Source: Ginglymostoma cirratum (taxonomy: Eukaryota). Taken from it: a stretch of DNA of 64,000 bases. The stretch covers positions 1,159,659 through 1,223,658 of the forward strand of contig JAHRHZ010000109.1 of assembly GCA_024137785.1 (NCBI GenBank), in the 5' to 3' direction. Numbering within the stretch: the first letter of the stretch is position 1; every line of letters begins with the position of its first letter. The notes beneath the pieces were generated by a model. It searched no databases and was not told the origin of the DNA. It saw only the letters and a program-made list of their open reading frames with translations. The translations under genes and the position numbers were made by a program. Positions 25,696-37,469 of this stretch are shown here, in pieces.

Positions 25696-26000
25696 AGCTC
25701 AGAAGAAGGGCCCAGGCCCGAAACGTCAGCTTTCTTGCTCCTCTGATGCTGCTTGGCCTGCTATGTTCATGCAGCTCTACACCTTGTTATCTCAGATTAT
25801 CCAGCATCGGCAATTCCTACTATCCCTGTGAGGTAATTAACTTTGTCCTAAAGGATATTCAAGCTATCGTGAAACAAAGAACCGCGGATGCTGGAAATCT
25901 GAAACAAAAACAGGAAACGATAGAGGAACCGAGCAGGCTTGGCAGCATCTGTGGAGAGAAACAGAGTTAACGTTTCAGATCCACTGACCGTTGGTCCTAA
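25696..26000. mobile_element. Two short shark-type interspersed repeat fragments in opposite orientations (possibly Penelope-derived)
   Basis: gaagaagggcc..cccgaaacgtcagc..gctcctctgatgctgcttggcctgct and gatgctggaaatctgaaacaaaaaca..ggcagcatctgtggagagaaacagagttaacgtttc. Related pieces at about 4350, 6970, 8175, 48090, 52860, 53520, 55020 and 58015. Family assignment is from memory only. Confidence 0.6.
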
Positions 26001-26981
26001 CCAGGGTAGTTATGCACTTCTTTATTAATGCCGGGGAAATTATCACTTTTATCTGTCGAATCAGCACATTCATCAAAATATCGCATTAGTTTGCAAACGC
26101 CAACTTTCCAGCTTCAAAAACATTTTATCAGCTCTCATGCTACTTCTGTCGCCCTGAGGTAGTGAAAGGTTCTGTTTAAATGTTTACCGTTTTCTTTCCT
26201 CTCAGTAAGTTAGCAGCCACATCGAATAGAGCCTTGGTCCTTTCAGTGTCTGCCTCCATATGTGTTGCTACTTGTGTCTCTCTGTCTCTGTGTATCCACA
26301 TCACCCTGTTTCATATGCTCTGACTCTCTGCCCGTCCATATCCCTCATTTCCCATTTCTGCCCTTTGAAAAGCCTGACATCTGGAGGAAGTTTGAGAGTG
26401 GGTCTGATGAGTGGCTTTTTCCTACTGGTTGGCGTGTCTCGAACTGGTCTCGCATTCCCCAGATAACGTGACTATCACTTAGGCCTGAGGCAAGGAAAAA
26501 ATTCTTCCTCAAAAGATTGTGAATCTTGCGAATTCTAATCCACCAGAAAAAAAAAAGTCCACCACAAATATAGGATCATAGCGATGTCTTTACTGTTGGC
26601 GGAACATGAACGAATTGGACAACGGAGAATGAGGGTGATCAGCTCATTCTGTCTCTGCCATTACCACAACATTCCCCGCTATGTCAGCAGTTTATCCCGC
26701 CTCACCTCGTTACTCCTACCAAACTGGGAATGAAGGAGTGAGAACAGAAGAAGAGGAGAAGCAGAACCGCTTGTGCAACTGTCGAAAGGAACTTCAGGAT
26801 GAATCCAGTAGAGAAAGAGGTGACACTGAAGCAGCTTCCTGAGTACAAATGTGTTTTCTTTGCCAGTAAAACTCACCATCTCACAAGCTGTGGACCATAG
26901 AAGTGAAGCAGTGACAGTGATTGCTTCTCATGTCCGTGTTAACACCTCAAATCTGCTGCAGAGAACGAAAGTGTATGGACG

Positions 26982-27054
26982 GGGTTAGTGGCGTGATGGA
27001 TAACGCAGCTGACTACGCATCAGTAGATTGTAGTTTCAACTCCTATCTGACAGT
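26982..27054 (+). pseudogene. tRNA-Arg(ACG) pseudogene
   Basis: gggttagtggcgtgatggataacgcagctgactACGcatcagtagattgtagtttcaactcct. Confidence 0.8.
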
Positions 27055-27522
27055 GTTGTCATTTCTTCGCAGTTTGCAACTAAACTTTCTCGCTACCTGA
27101 AAGCCCACAATGAGCTTCGAATTCCTGACCTCCAATAAGTAGAGACTTTTCAATGTCTCACATCAGTAAATATCAGCCAGAATCAGTGGAGAAGCTGAAC
27201 AAGTCTGCAAGTTGCTCGTGGGCACGTTTAAATTTCCAACACCCACCAATCCAATCACTGGAATTTCTTGGAATAAGAAGGAAACAAAACATAAAACCCA
27301 GTGTCAGCTTTCTGTTTCTTTGGAAAGCAGAATCAGAGGACAATGAAGGGTGACCTGTCCGACTGAGCAGAGACAGACAATGCAGTTTCGCCTTATTTAA
27401 GAGGCTGGAACATTTAGTCTGATATTGTCACGGACATTAATTGACCCGAGACATTGAAAGGATTCCAGTCAAATACTGACACAAAAGCACTGTTGTTGCT
27501 AAAGCCCAGCAAGTCAGGCAAC

Positions 27523-28870
27523 AGGGTGGTGGTTGATGGGAAATGTTCATCCTGGAGTTCAGTTACTAGTGGTGTACCACAAGGATCTATTTTGGGGCCA
27601 CTGCTGTTTGTCATTTTTATAAAGGACCTGGATGAAATTTGCAGATGACACTAAAGTCGGTGGAGTGGTGGATAGTGCGGAAGGATGTTGCAGGTTACAG
27701 AGGGACATAGATAAGCTGCAGAGCTGGGGTGNNNNNNNNNNNNNNNNNNNNNNNNNNNNNNNNNNNNNNNNNNNNNNNNNNNNNNNNNNNNNNNNNNNNN
27801 NNNNNNNNNNNNNNNNNNNNNNNNNNNNNNNTAGGGTGGTGGTTGATGGGAAATGTTCATCCTGGAGTTCAGTTACTAGTGGTGTACCACAAGGATCTAT
27901 TTTGGGGCCACTGCTGTTTGTCATTTTTATAAAGGACCTGGATGAAATTTGCAGATGACACTAAAGTCGGTGGAGTGGTGGATAGTGCGGAAGGATGTTG
28001 CAGGTTACAGAGGGACATAGATAAGCTGCAGAGCTGGGCTGAGAGGTGACAAATGGAGTTTAATGCGGAAAAGTGTGAGGTGATTCATTTTGGAAGGAGT
28101 AACAGGAATACAGAGTACTGGCCTAATGGTAAGATTCTTGGTAGTGTGGACGAGCAGAGAGATCTCGGTGTCCATGTGCATAGATCCCTGAAAGTTGCCA
28201 CCCAGGTTGGTAGGGTTGTTAAGAAGACGTACGGTGTATTAGGTTTTATTGGTAGAGGGATTGAGTTTCGGAGCCGTGAGGTCACGTTGCAGCTGTACAA
28301 AACTCTGGTGCAGCCGCAATTGGAGTATTGCGTACAGTTCTGGTCACCGCATTATCGGAAGGATGTGGAAGCATTGGAAAGAGTGCAGAGGAGATTTACC
28401 AGGATGTTGCCTGGTATGGAAGGAAGGTCTTATGAGGAAAGGCTGAGGGACTTGAGTCTGTTTTCGTTAGAGAGAAGAAGGTTAAGAGGTGACATAATAG
28501 AGACATACAAGATGATCAGAGGATTAGATAGGGTGGACTGTGAGAGCCTTTTTGCTCGGATGGTGACGGCTAGCACGAGGGGACATAGCTTTAAATTGAG
28601 GAGTGATAGATGTAGGACAGATTTCAGAGGTAGATTCTTTACTTAGAGAGTAGTAAGGGCGTGGAATTCCTCGCCTGCAGCAGTTGTAGACTCGCCAACT
28701 TTAAGGGCATTTAAATGGTCATTGGATAAACATATGGATGATAATGGTATAGAGTAGGTTAGATGGGCTTCAGATTGGTTTCACAGGTCGGCGCAACATA
28801 GAGGGCCGAAGGGCCTGTACTGTCCTGTAATGTTCTATGTTCTATGTTCTATGTTCTATGTTCTATGTTC
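27523..28870 (+). mobile_element. Relatively young 5'-truncated CR1 LINE with (ATGTTCT)n tail, spanning an assembly gap
   Basis: RT motifs [14 protein letters not shown] and KFADDTK; ORF 28053-28646 is the ORF2 C-terminus; heptamer tail at 28830-28870; contains internal stops and a deletion. Confidence 0.95.
27732..27831. other. Assembly gap (100 N)
   Basis: Run of N. About 205 bp left of the gap (27523-27728) is repeated identically right of it (27833-28038). Confidence 0.98.
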
Positions 28871-28984
28871 ATCTGTGGAGGCAAAAAACAGAGTTAACGT
28901 TTCGTATCATGTGACCTTTTCTCAGATCAGGTCAGATACTAGTCTGTGTTTGATCTTGTCACTGTCAGGAACAATAAATCCTGT

Positions 28985-29056
28985 TTTCCTGGCCGGAAGT
29001 CGAGCCCAGGCTACGGCTGTCAGAGCGCCAAATCACAACCACGAGACCACCAGAGA
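28985..29056 (-). pseudogene. tRNA-Glu(CTC)-type pseudogene (anticodon reads CTG)
   Basis: Reverse complement tctctggtggtctcgtggttgtgatttggcgctCTGacagccgtagcctgggctcgacttccggccaggaa. Confidence 0.8.
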
Positions 29057-30060
29057 TGACAGTGGGAATGCATGCTTATATTCTCACTGACACAGCATTT
29101 GGCCTTTTTTTTACACTGGAGATAACTTTCTCCTCCAAAATTAGCGAGTTATTGAGTTTTTACTGCATAGAAAGAGGCCCATCATTCCAGTTTCCCGCAC
29201 TTGGCCTGTATTCTTGTGTGCTCTGAAGATTCAAATGTTCATCTCGATGATATTTTCCCTGTAATGCTTTAATCTCAAATGACGCAACGAATGGAACTGA
29301 GGTTGGGGATGGTAAAACTGCGTTCATGCCCCTCTAGTTAAACTGAACCTCATTTTCACCCACAGAGGAAAACACACAGACACATTGCCCCGAGAATTAT
29401 AGAGACCTCAGGAAAGACAAAACTCCAGAAAACAAGGATTTCACCTCTTGGCTTATATTATCCCTTTTCAGACATCGAAATCAGAGTGTGTTTACAGCAA
29501 GGAAAGGAAACATTCGGCAGCTCGCCTGTCCGTGTTACTCTCCCATTGTTTCCTTCGTCACTCTGCAGTTTATTCTGCTCCACCCATTCTTCTTGCCAAA
29601 CTGGAACTTTGCTCACATCAGCTGCTTCTGAAAGATCTTCCTCAAATACTTGGAATGACATACAGAAATGTTATCTTTCAAACGCATTTCTGGCTGGTGG
29701 GCGAAATGACATGGTAGTGCTAATGCTGTTTCATCAATAATTATTTCAAACGGCTTTAAAGAGCTTCTTTGGATGTTTGATGCACAGGTGGTGAAAATTA
29801 TCTCAGCCCCTAGAAAGAATCGAGCTCGCAGCCACTGGGCGAAACACCAAACCAAAAGCCAAAGCTGCAAATATAGATGTTCTCTCAGAAAGGCTTTGGT
29901 GCATTAGAAACTACAATATAACAGATGACTGAATAGCCTGTACATCAGACACCAAGACAATGTAACAGTTTCAAGACACAGCCGAGGGGAACGTGTGCAG
30001 AAGGATGGGAGAATGCAATGCCGAAACTGACAGTGTACAGGGTGATATGAACAGAGATCT

Positions 30061-30110
30061 TCCTCAGTCGTCTCGTGATTATGATTCAGGGCCTTCATTG
30101 TCATGGCCTG
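30061..30110 (+). pseudogene. tRNA-Glu 5' fragment
   Basis: gtcgtctcgtgattatgattcagggccTTCattgtcatggcctg; T-arm missing. Confidence 0.55.
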
Positions 30111-30469
30111 TTAATGGTTAACATTTATAGTCATAAATATGAAATACTGACAAATCTTTAGAAGCAGGACCAGCCAATCAGAATCGCTTCAGTCTACGTT
30201 ACAGATCCACATCAGCAACATCAGCTGCAATTGCCCCGTTTGTGAGAGCTCACTCTCGGCCTATCAGAGCCAGGCCCAATGAGGGTGCTGAATATTTGTT
30301 TTCACTGTTTCCCCTGGTACACAGATCACTCCGGATCAATCACCCACAATGACTGTCCTTTGTGTGTTGCCTTTTGCATATATCACCTCGGTTCAGTACC
30401 CAAAGGGGATTGACGCATTTTAACTTGGCACATTTTGCTCAGGTCAGTTTTAAGTCACGTATTAAGACC

Positions 30470-30850
30470 ATAAATTTTACGAGAAGAAAGAGACCATTCA
30501 GCCCATTCAATCTGCTGAGCCATTGAATGAGCTTGTGCCTGACATGATAATTCTGAGCTGTAAATTCTTGCTTTTCCCCATAACCCTTGATAACTTTACA
30601 GATTAAAAATATGTCTATCTCACCCTTGAATATACTTAATGATTCAGACCTGACACCCCTCTGCTGGAGGGAATTCCAACGATTCACACCATCTGAGAGA
30701 ATAAATCCTTCTTCATCTGTCTTAAATGTGCGACCCCATTTCTGGTATTAGGCACTCTAGTTCAAGACTGTCCTTGACGGCAAACCAACTTTTCTGCGTC
30801 GGCCCTGTTAAATCTCCAAGAAACCTGTGTGTTTCAAGAAGGAAAAGGTA
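30470..30850 (-). mobile_element. CR1 LINE 3' end
   Basis: Minus ORF 30439-30687 reads WNSLQQRGVRSESLSIFKGEIDIFLICKVIKGYGEK, followed by a 3' UTR. Confidence 0.8.
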
Positions 30851-31026
30851 TTTTTACAGTGCGGTATTTAAACACACGAAGTCAATGTATTTCAGCGTTT
30901 CCTCCCATTTGTTCTAATCTTTGACATGAAACTTCCAATGCATCTGACAGAGCTGTTTCCTTTACTGATTTTAACATCAGGAATTCATGTTCATTTTAAG
31001 AGTTTGAGCAGGGACAATAAATCTTC

Positions 31027-31095
31027 ATTCTTGGCTGGAAATCAAACCGGGAAAACAATAGTTGTAGTTCTGAACTCCAACAATGAAGGCAATGT
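31027..31095 (-). pseudogene. tRNA-Glu remnant
   Basis: The flank ataaatc and ttcttggctggaaatcaaaccggg parallel the 28985 copy. Very decayed. Confidence 0.4.
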
Positions 31096-33632
31096 TTGCA
31101 ACTTCCCTTCTTGACACTGCTTTTGACCTTTTCTTCACTGAAAAAATGATAATGAATTTGAGGAGCATGGAGAGAGACCGTTCTATCCAATATATCAGTG
31201 CCACTCATCAAACTGCTCATTTCTAAAGACAGTTTCCAGCACTTGCCCATTGTCTTGTTTGCTCTGAAATTTCAAATGATTATCTAAATAGTTCTTCAAT
31301 GTCTTGAGGGTTTCAGTAGAGCAAAGCCAATTCCTTCAAACGATGGCAAGAGACATTGCTATTTGCTGGAACAGGAAATCTGCATTTTCCTCTTTGAAAC
31401 AGTCAAGAAAGCCAAACTCCTTCTCGGAGCAGTTTATCAGTTTTCCTCATCAAGCCAACAATGTCGATTTAAGTCCCACACCATCTGAGGTTACCACTAA
31501 TGACTCTTCTTTTCATCCTCTCTGCTCACCTGAAGTACAATGTCTCTCAGGCAAAACAAACGCCAGTTATCTCTCTCTAACAAGAAAGCAACCGTATCGC
31601 CCACAACGGGTGTGGCAACTTTACCAATTAATGCGTGGCTCAGTGTCAGACTTTGTGATATTGTGATATCACTAATTCTGATTAAGGGTGTAAACCCAAA
31701 ACTTCGCCTTTGCTGCTCCTCTGACCATGCTTGACATGCTGCGTTCCTCCAGCTACACGCTATATTGACTTTAACTCTGGCATCTGAAATTCTCGCTATC
31801 TCCTAATTCTGCTCCTGCCTGCCATGTCTCCAAATGCCTGAATGTAAACCAGAAATCCTCAGTCGTGGTTCTGAGTAGAGAAACATGCTTGCATTTCGAA
31901 GTACCGAACACATTAGCGGCTCATTCAGTCAACAACAGGAATGAACTGATTTACAGACTCAGATGAACCTTTGACTCGCGCTGTTTGAGAATCACTAACA
32001 TTAACGTCGACTCTGAAATCTAAGAGTTCTTGTAACGGAAAGCGAGGAAGTCACAAGAAGCAAAAATGAAGCATTTTCAGAAACACAATTACTCACGCAA
32101 TGGGTAGCGATGCAATTGCAATCTGTGCTTCTGGACATACTGGAGTGTTAGTCCACTGCCACTTTCCAGAAAGTGTTCAAATAAGCAAAAGCAGAACGGC
32201 ACAAGAATGACCCAAGAAAAATGAAGATTACCGATTCCTCTCTCAGTTAGATTATTTTTCCCTTCCAATCAACAATGTGAGTGTCCCTGCGCCGCAACGA
32301 CTGCACTGGATCAAGAAAGCGACTCACCAGTCCCTCTCTCTGGGACAACAATGAAGAAAGTGAGAGAAATTTCACAAAATTTCGCATCGCAATTAATTGG
32401 AATTACCATCTTTTTTGCCATGTCGGCAAGTAATGACAAGTAGATTTACTGGAAGACTTTGCTATGCAACAGCAGGGAAATGACAGTCTCCGTTCACTTT
32501 CAGCAAAATGGGGATACAAGGCAATTTGCCTGGTACATCAAGCAGCAGGAGAGACTCTCCTTGAGACAGGGGCCTTTTCCATACGCGGCGAATGGGATAA
32601 CCACTGGCACAATGGAAATGAGGAGTGACTTTTTTGTTGCATCACAGAGGAGAAAGAAAATCTAAACAAGGAGCGAGAGGAAAGTGAGCCACGTGCGGGT
32701 CTGGTGATACACCTTCTATCTTATTCAGTCAGCAGCAAGAGACGTGAAGGTAACTCCGACGCAAGAGCTTTTCACTTCTTGAAAGAAAAGCAATCACATG
32801 CTATTAGCACCTCTTTGACGTCTCTGATCTCCTTTTACCTTCTGTCGATATGGTTCGAAACTGCCTTTTGTGCATCTCCAAATAAGCATCGTGGAAGTTA
32901 GTAAAATTTGGTAAGCCACTTTTCTTCGTTTCCGACACAGGTTTCCAGCTCAACTGGCAGCCACATGACATTTATTCCCGTCCAGGACTGGAAAGCTCTG
33001 CAGGAAAATGTACTGTTAAGGAGAAAGTCAAGGAAAGGAGCAACTCGGACCTGCACCGAGGCTTCAACAGCCTCGCAATGTGATCTGTGATTCTCGGATT
33101 CAAACGCTGGCTCAGGTTTTCATACAGAAGATTATCATAGAGCCACTTATTCTTCAAAACCGGCATTGTAATTGTAAGTGTGCTGCAAGGGATCATGTGG
33201 TACATGGGCTGCTCAGTTTGTTGCATTTTCCGGGTAGTCCAGTGTTATTCATGCGACATGTAAACGCGAAAGTTGTTCTGCTTCGAACAGAGGGCAAAAT
33301 CATTTATCAAAGCGAAAATCTAAATTCCAGAAATGTCATGTAGCTCATGTTTTCTTTATCCAAGCATTACCGATTACATTTCCTCCCAACTGCATTATAT
33401 TTATTGTCTAACCGAGTCTCAGAGCTTGCGTTCGGCTTTCCGTTGATTTTTGCTTTGATCGAATGCCTATCAGCATCTGGTGCGAAAATAATGTTGTGGC
33501 TGGGCATTGCCGAGCAGCTAAAAAAATGGACGAAGAAGACAGGGATACTTGAAACCTTTCTGTGTGCCTTTGTTTTAATAGTGTTGCAGTAGCAACGTCA
33601 GAAAGAGTCATATTTGACCTCCGCAGAGCTCG

Positions 33633-33714
33633 GGTAATGTAGCCGAGCGGTTTAAGGTGCTGGATTCACATTCCAATCAAAACAACGGTGCAGGCTTGGA
33701 TCCCACGGCTACCT
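33633..33714 (+). pseudogene. tRNA-Leu (NAG family) pseudogene
   Basis: ggtaatgtagccgagcggtttaaggtgctggatt...atcccacggctacc; 82 nt with a long variable arm. Confidence 0.8.
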
Positions 33715-33869
33715 CTTGGGCTGGCTGGTTGGCTGTTATGGATGAGCTGCGTTTACATTAAAAGTAAGAGAGTTAAATAGTCCACTTCAAATCAATGTGG
33801 GAGATGGCAGAGCATCCGCCCCCCATTTCCGTTGTGCCAGTGGTTCCACTTTCATCCAAGAAACAGAGA

Positions 33870-34330
33870 GAGTCGACACGCTACCTTCAGCCTACCTGGC
33901 TAAAGTAGACCAGGTGTACTAAATTAATGCAGCCACATTTGGCCCATATCTCTCTAAACCCTTCTGATTCATATCAGCATCCACATGCCATGGAAATGTT
34001 GTATTTTTACTGGGCTCCACCACTTCATCTGGCAGTTCAATGCATACTTGCACCACCATCTGTATGGAGAAAATGGCCCTCAGGTCGCTTTTAAATTATA
34101 GCCCCTCACCTCAATTATACGCGCTCCAGTTTTGGAGTCACCCACCGTGTGATAAAGACGTTGATAATGCGCCCTTTCCATATGCCTCTTGATTTTATAA
34201 ACTTCTTTCAGGTCGACCCTCAGCCTCCAGCGCTCCAGGAAAAACTGTCCCAGCTTATTCAGATTCGCCGTACAGTTCGAACCCTGCCACCATGGCAACG
34301 TCCTCGTGATTCTTTTTTGGGCAGCTTTAC
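33870..34330 (-). mobile_element. CR1 3' fragment inside cassette
   Basis: Minus ORF 34080-34298 reads LNKLGQFFLERWRLRVDLKEVYKIKR. Confidence 0.8.
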
Positions 34331-34473
34331 GTGATATCTTTTATTTTTTCAATAATACCAATAACGCTAGACTACATTGATCTATTTGAAAGAGAGAGAT
34401 CACCCGTTGAACGGCGGCCAATTTTTCTGCTGTAGGAAGGACGGGTGGGGAGAACACCGTAATGAGGCGCTCT

Positions 34474-34546
34474 GTTTCTGTATCATAGCGGGTAGCAAGT
34501 TCGTCTCACACGCGGAAAGTCCCCGGTTGGAGGCCGGGCCGAAACT
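34474..34546 (+). pseudogene. tRNA-Val(CAC) pseudogene
   Basis: gtttctgtatcatagcgggtagcaagttcgtctCACacgcggaaagtccccggttggaggccgggccgaaact; 73 nt; B-box mutated. Confidence 0.85.
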
Positions 34547-34785
34547 ATGCTGCTCCTTTGTTGCAGCGATATGTTTCTTGATGGACATGGATGGAACATC
34601 CTAATTTGATGTTCTCGTCAGCAAACATTTCTTTGAATGAAGTCGCCCATATATGCTTTTGTTGTGGAACGAAGGATAATTCTATTTGATTGCGGTATGA
34701 ATCTTAGTCAAATTTCTCTCCTTCCTGGTCCTGAATGTGCACAGATGGTCATCCTTTTTGAGAGTGCATTTGGTGTGCCCTCATT

Positions 34786-34857
34786 CTTTCTGTAGCGTCG
34801 CGGTATCACATTAGCTATACGTGTTAAAGCTCCCCGGTTCAAAGTCAAGGAGTAGCC
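34786..34857 (+). pseudogene. tRNA-Val-type pseudogene
   Basis: tttctgtagcgtcgcggtatcaca...tccccggttcaaa. Confidence 0.6.
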
Positions 34858-36207
34858 TTATTTGCCGGTGTCGCAGTGCACCTCACATTCCTCTCTGTGA
34901 AACGCATCTCAAAGTAATCTCTGAAAGCCCTAGTTCTGTTGGCCTCTGCCACGTCTCAACGTGAATGAATCAACACCAGAAGCCCTCAGTCACGTTTGGG
35001 AATAGAGAAACATGCCTGCATTTCTGAGCAGCGGACACAGTAGTGGCCCATTCAGTCAACAACAGGAATGAAGGGATTTACAGACTCAGACGAACCTCTT
35101 GACTCACGCTCACGTAGAGTCACTAACATTAACATGTGCTCTGAAGTGGAAGCCGTGTTGCAATTGAAACTGAGGAAATGACAAGACAGGCTACTAATTG
35201 ACATTATGTCTATTATTTTCTCTTTATGTCACAGAGGAGCAAGAAAATCGAAACAAGGAGTGTTTGGGAAGAGAGCCACGTGCAGCTGAAGTGAAACAAC
35301 TTCTATCTTAATTAGTCAGCAGCAAGAGACGTGAAGGTGACTCAGGCGCGAGAGCTTTTCACTTCTTGAACAAAAAGCAAACACATGCTGTAAGCACCTC
35401 TTTGACAACTCTGATCGCCTTTTCCGTCCTGTACATATGCTTAGAAATTATCTTCTGTGCATCTCTATATCTGCACCATGGAATTTAGTAAAATGTAGTG
35501 AGTCGCTTTTCTTCGTTTCCCACACAGGTTTCAAACTCAGCGGGCTGCCGTCTGACATTTGCTCATGTCCAGGCCTGGAAAGTTCTGCAGGAAAGTGCAC
35601 GGTTAAGGGGAAAGAGAAGAAAAATGTCAACTCATACGTGGACCGAGGTTTGAACAGCCTCACATTGTGATGTGTCATTCTCGGATTCGAATGCTAACTC
35701 ACAGAATTATCATTAAGCTACTTATTCTGAAAAACCGGAGTGGCAACTGTAAGTGTGCTGCACGGTATCATCTGGTACACGGCCTGCCCAGCTTGGTGCA
35801 TTTTCCAGTCAGTCAGGTGTTTTTCATGCTACGTGTAAACGCGAAAGTTATTCTTTTTCGAGCAAAGGGCGGAATCATTTCCCAAAGCGCAAATCTAAAT
35901 TCCAGAAATGTCGTGAAAGTCATGTTTTCTTTATCCAAGCGTAAGCGAATTTACTTTCTCCCAGGCACATTACATTTGTCACCTAACTGAGCATCACAAG
36001 ATGCGTTCAGCTTTACGTTGATTTTCGCTTTGATTGAAGTGCTGTCAGCATCTGGTGGGAAAATAATATTGTAGCTGGGCATTGGCAAGCAGCGAAGAAA
36101 ATGGATGACCAAGACAGGGATCCTTGAAAACTTTCCCTGTGCCTTCGCAGTTGTTGTGTTGGAGTAGCAACATCAGAAAGAGTTATATTTGGCAGGATTC
36201 CTGGTGG

Positions 36208-36289
36208 GTTAATGTGGCCAAGTGGTCCAAAGCGTTGAGTTATGATTCCAGCTTCCATAGAGGCGTGGCTTTGAATCCCACCGCTGCCG
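36208..36289 (+). pseudogene. tRNA-Leu pseudogene
   Basis: gtggccaagtggtccaaagcg...aggcgtggctttgaatcccaccgctgcc. Confidence 0.8.
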
Positions 36290-36469
36290 ATTCTGCCGGT
36301 AGCCTGTTGTGTTGGTCAGCTGTCATGCCTATGCTTGGTATGGATGTGCTGCGTTTAAGTGCCAAGTAACCAAAGCAAGTGTTTTCTTACAAATCACTGT
36401 ACCATGTAGGATAGCACAGAGCATCTGCACCTCGTTTCCATTGTGCAGCGAACATCACTTTCGTCGCAG

Positions 36470-36950
36470 AAATGTAGAGATCAAACACACAAGCTTCGGT
36501 CCACCTCGATAACGTCGACCAGATATCCTGAATTAATCTCGCCCCATTTGCCAGCATTTGGCCCCATCCCTCACAATCCTTCAGATTCATACACACTTCC
36601 AGATGGCTTGGAAATGTTGTAATTTCATGACCCTCCAACCATTTCATCTGGCAGTTCATTAAATACACGCACCACCATCTGCATGAAGAAAATGGCCCTC
36701 AGGTCGCTTTTAATTTTCCCCCTTCTCACCTCAATTATACGCCCTCCAGTTTTGGAGTCACCCACCGTGTGATAAAGTCCTTGACTACTCAGCCTGTCCA
36801 TATGCCTCTTGATTTTATAAACTTCTTTCAGGTCGACCCTCAGCCCCCGAAGCTCCAGGGAAAACTGCCCCAGCCTTTTCAGATTTGCCATACAGTTCGA
36901 ACCCTGCCACCCTGGCAACGGCCTCGTGAATCTTTTTTGGGAAGATTTAC
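36470..36950 (-). mobile_element. CR1 3' fragment inside cassette
   Basis: Minus ORF 36625-36918 reads LKRLGQFSLELRGLRVDLKEVYKIKRHMDR; paralogue of 33870-34330. Confidence 0.8.
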
Positions 36951-37089
36951 GTGATATCTTTTATTTTTTTCAATAATGCCAATAACGCTGGACGACATGG
37001 ATCTATTTGAAAGAGAGAGATCACCCGTTGAACGGCGGTCAATTTTTCTGCTGTAGGAAGGTCGGTGGGGAGGGCAATATTCTGCTCCT

Positions 37090-37162
37090 GTTCCTGCCGT
37101 CTAGTGGTTGTCACGTTCGTCTACCGCGCGACATGTGCTTGACTCAAAATCAGTTAGAAACA
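37090..37162 (+). pseudogene. tRNA-Val-type pseudogene
   Basis: tagtggttgtcacgttcgtct..cgcga...agaaaca; same cassette position as 34474. Confidence 0.7.
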
Positions 37163-37397
37163 GTGGTGCTCCATTGCTACAGCGGTATCTTTTGGCACGG
37201 ACTTGGACGGAGCTTCCTAATTTGCTGTTTGCACCAGTGAACCTTTCTTTGAATGAAATCACACATATCTGCTTTTGTTGTGGAACGGAGGATAATTCTA
37301 TTTAATTGCGGTATTGATCTTTGTTAAATTTCTCTCCTTCCTGGTCCTGAATGTGCCCGGTCATCCTTTTTGAGAGAGCATTTGGTGTGCCCTCATT

Positions 37398-37469
37398 CTT
37401 TCTGTAGCGGAGCAGTATCACATTTGCTTTACGTGCGAAAGCCTCCCGGTTCACAGTCCGGGGGAGGTC
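37398..37469 (+). pseudogene. tRNA-Val(TAC)-type pseudogene
   Basis: tttctgtagcggagcagtatcacatttgcttTACgtgcgaaagcctcccggttcaca. Confidence 0.65.

Noticed and set aside
27523-28038. Apparent ~205-bp direct repeat of CR1 RT sequence
   Set aside because: The copies are identical and flank a 100-N gap, so this is most likely an unmerged contig overlap rather than biology.
28830-28870. Short regular repeats suggesting a CRISPR or telomere-like array
   Set aside because: A spacerless heptamer microsatellite forming the CR1 tail. The DNA is eukaryotic and there are no cas-like ORFs.
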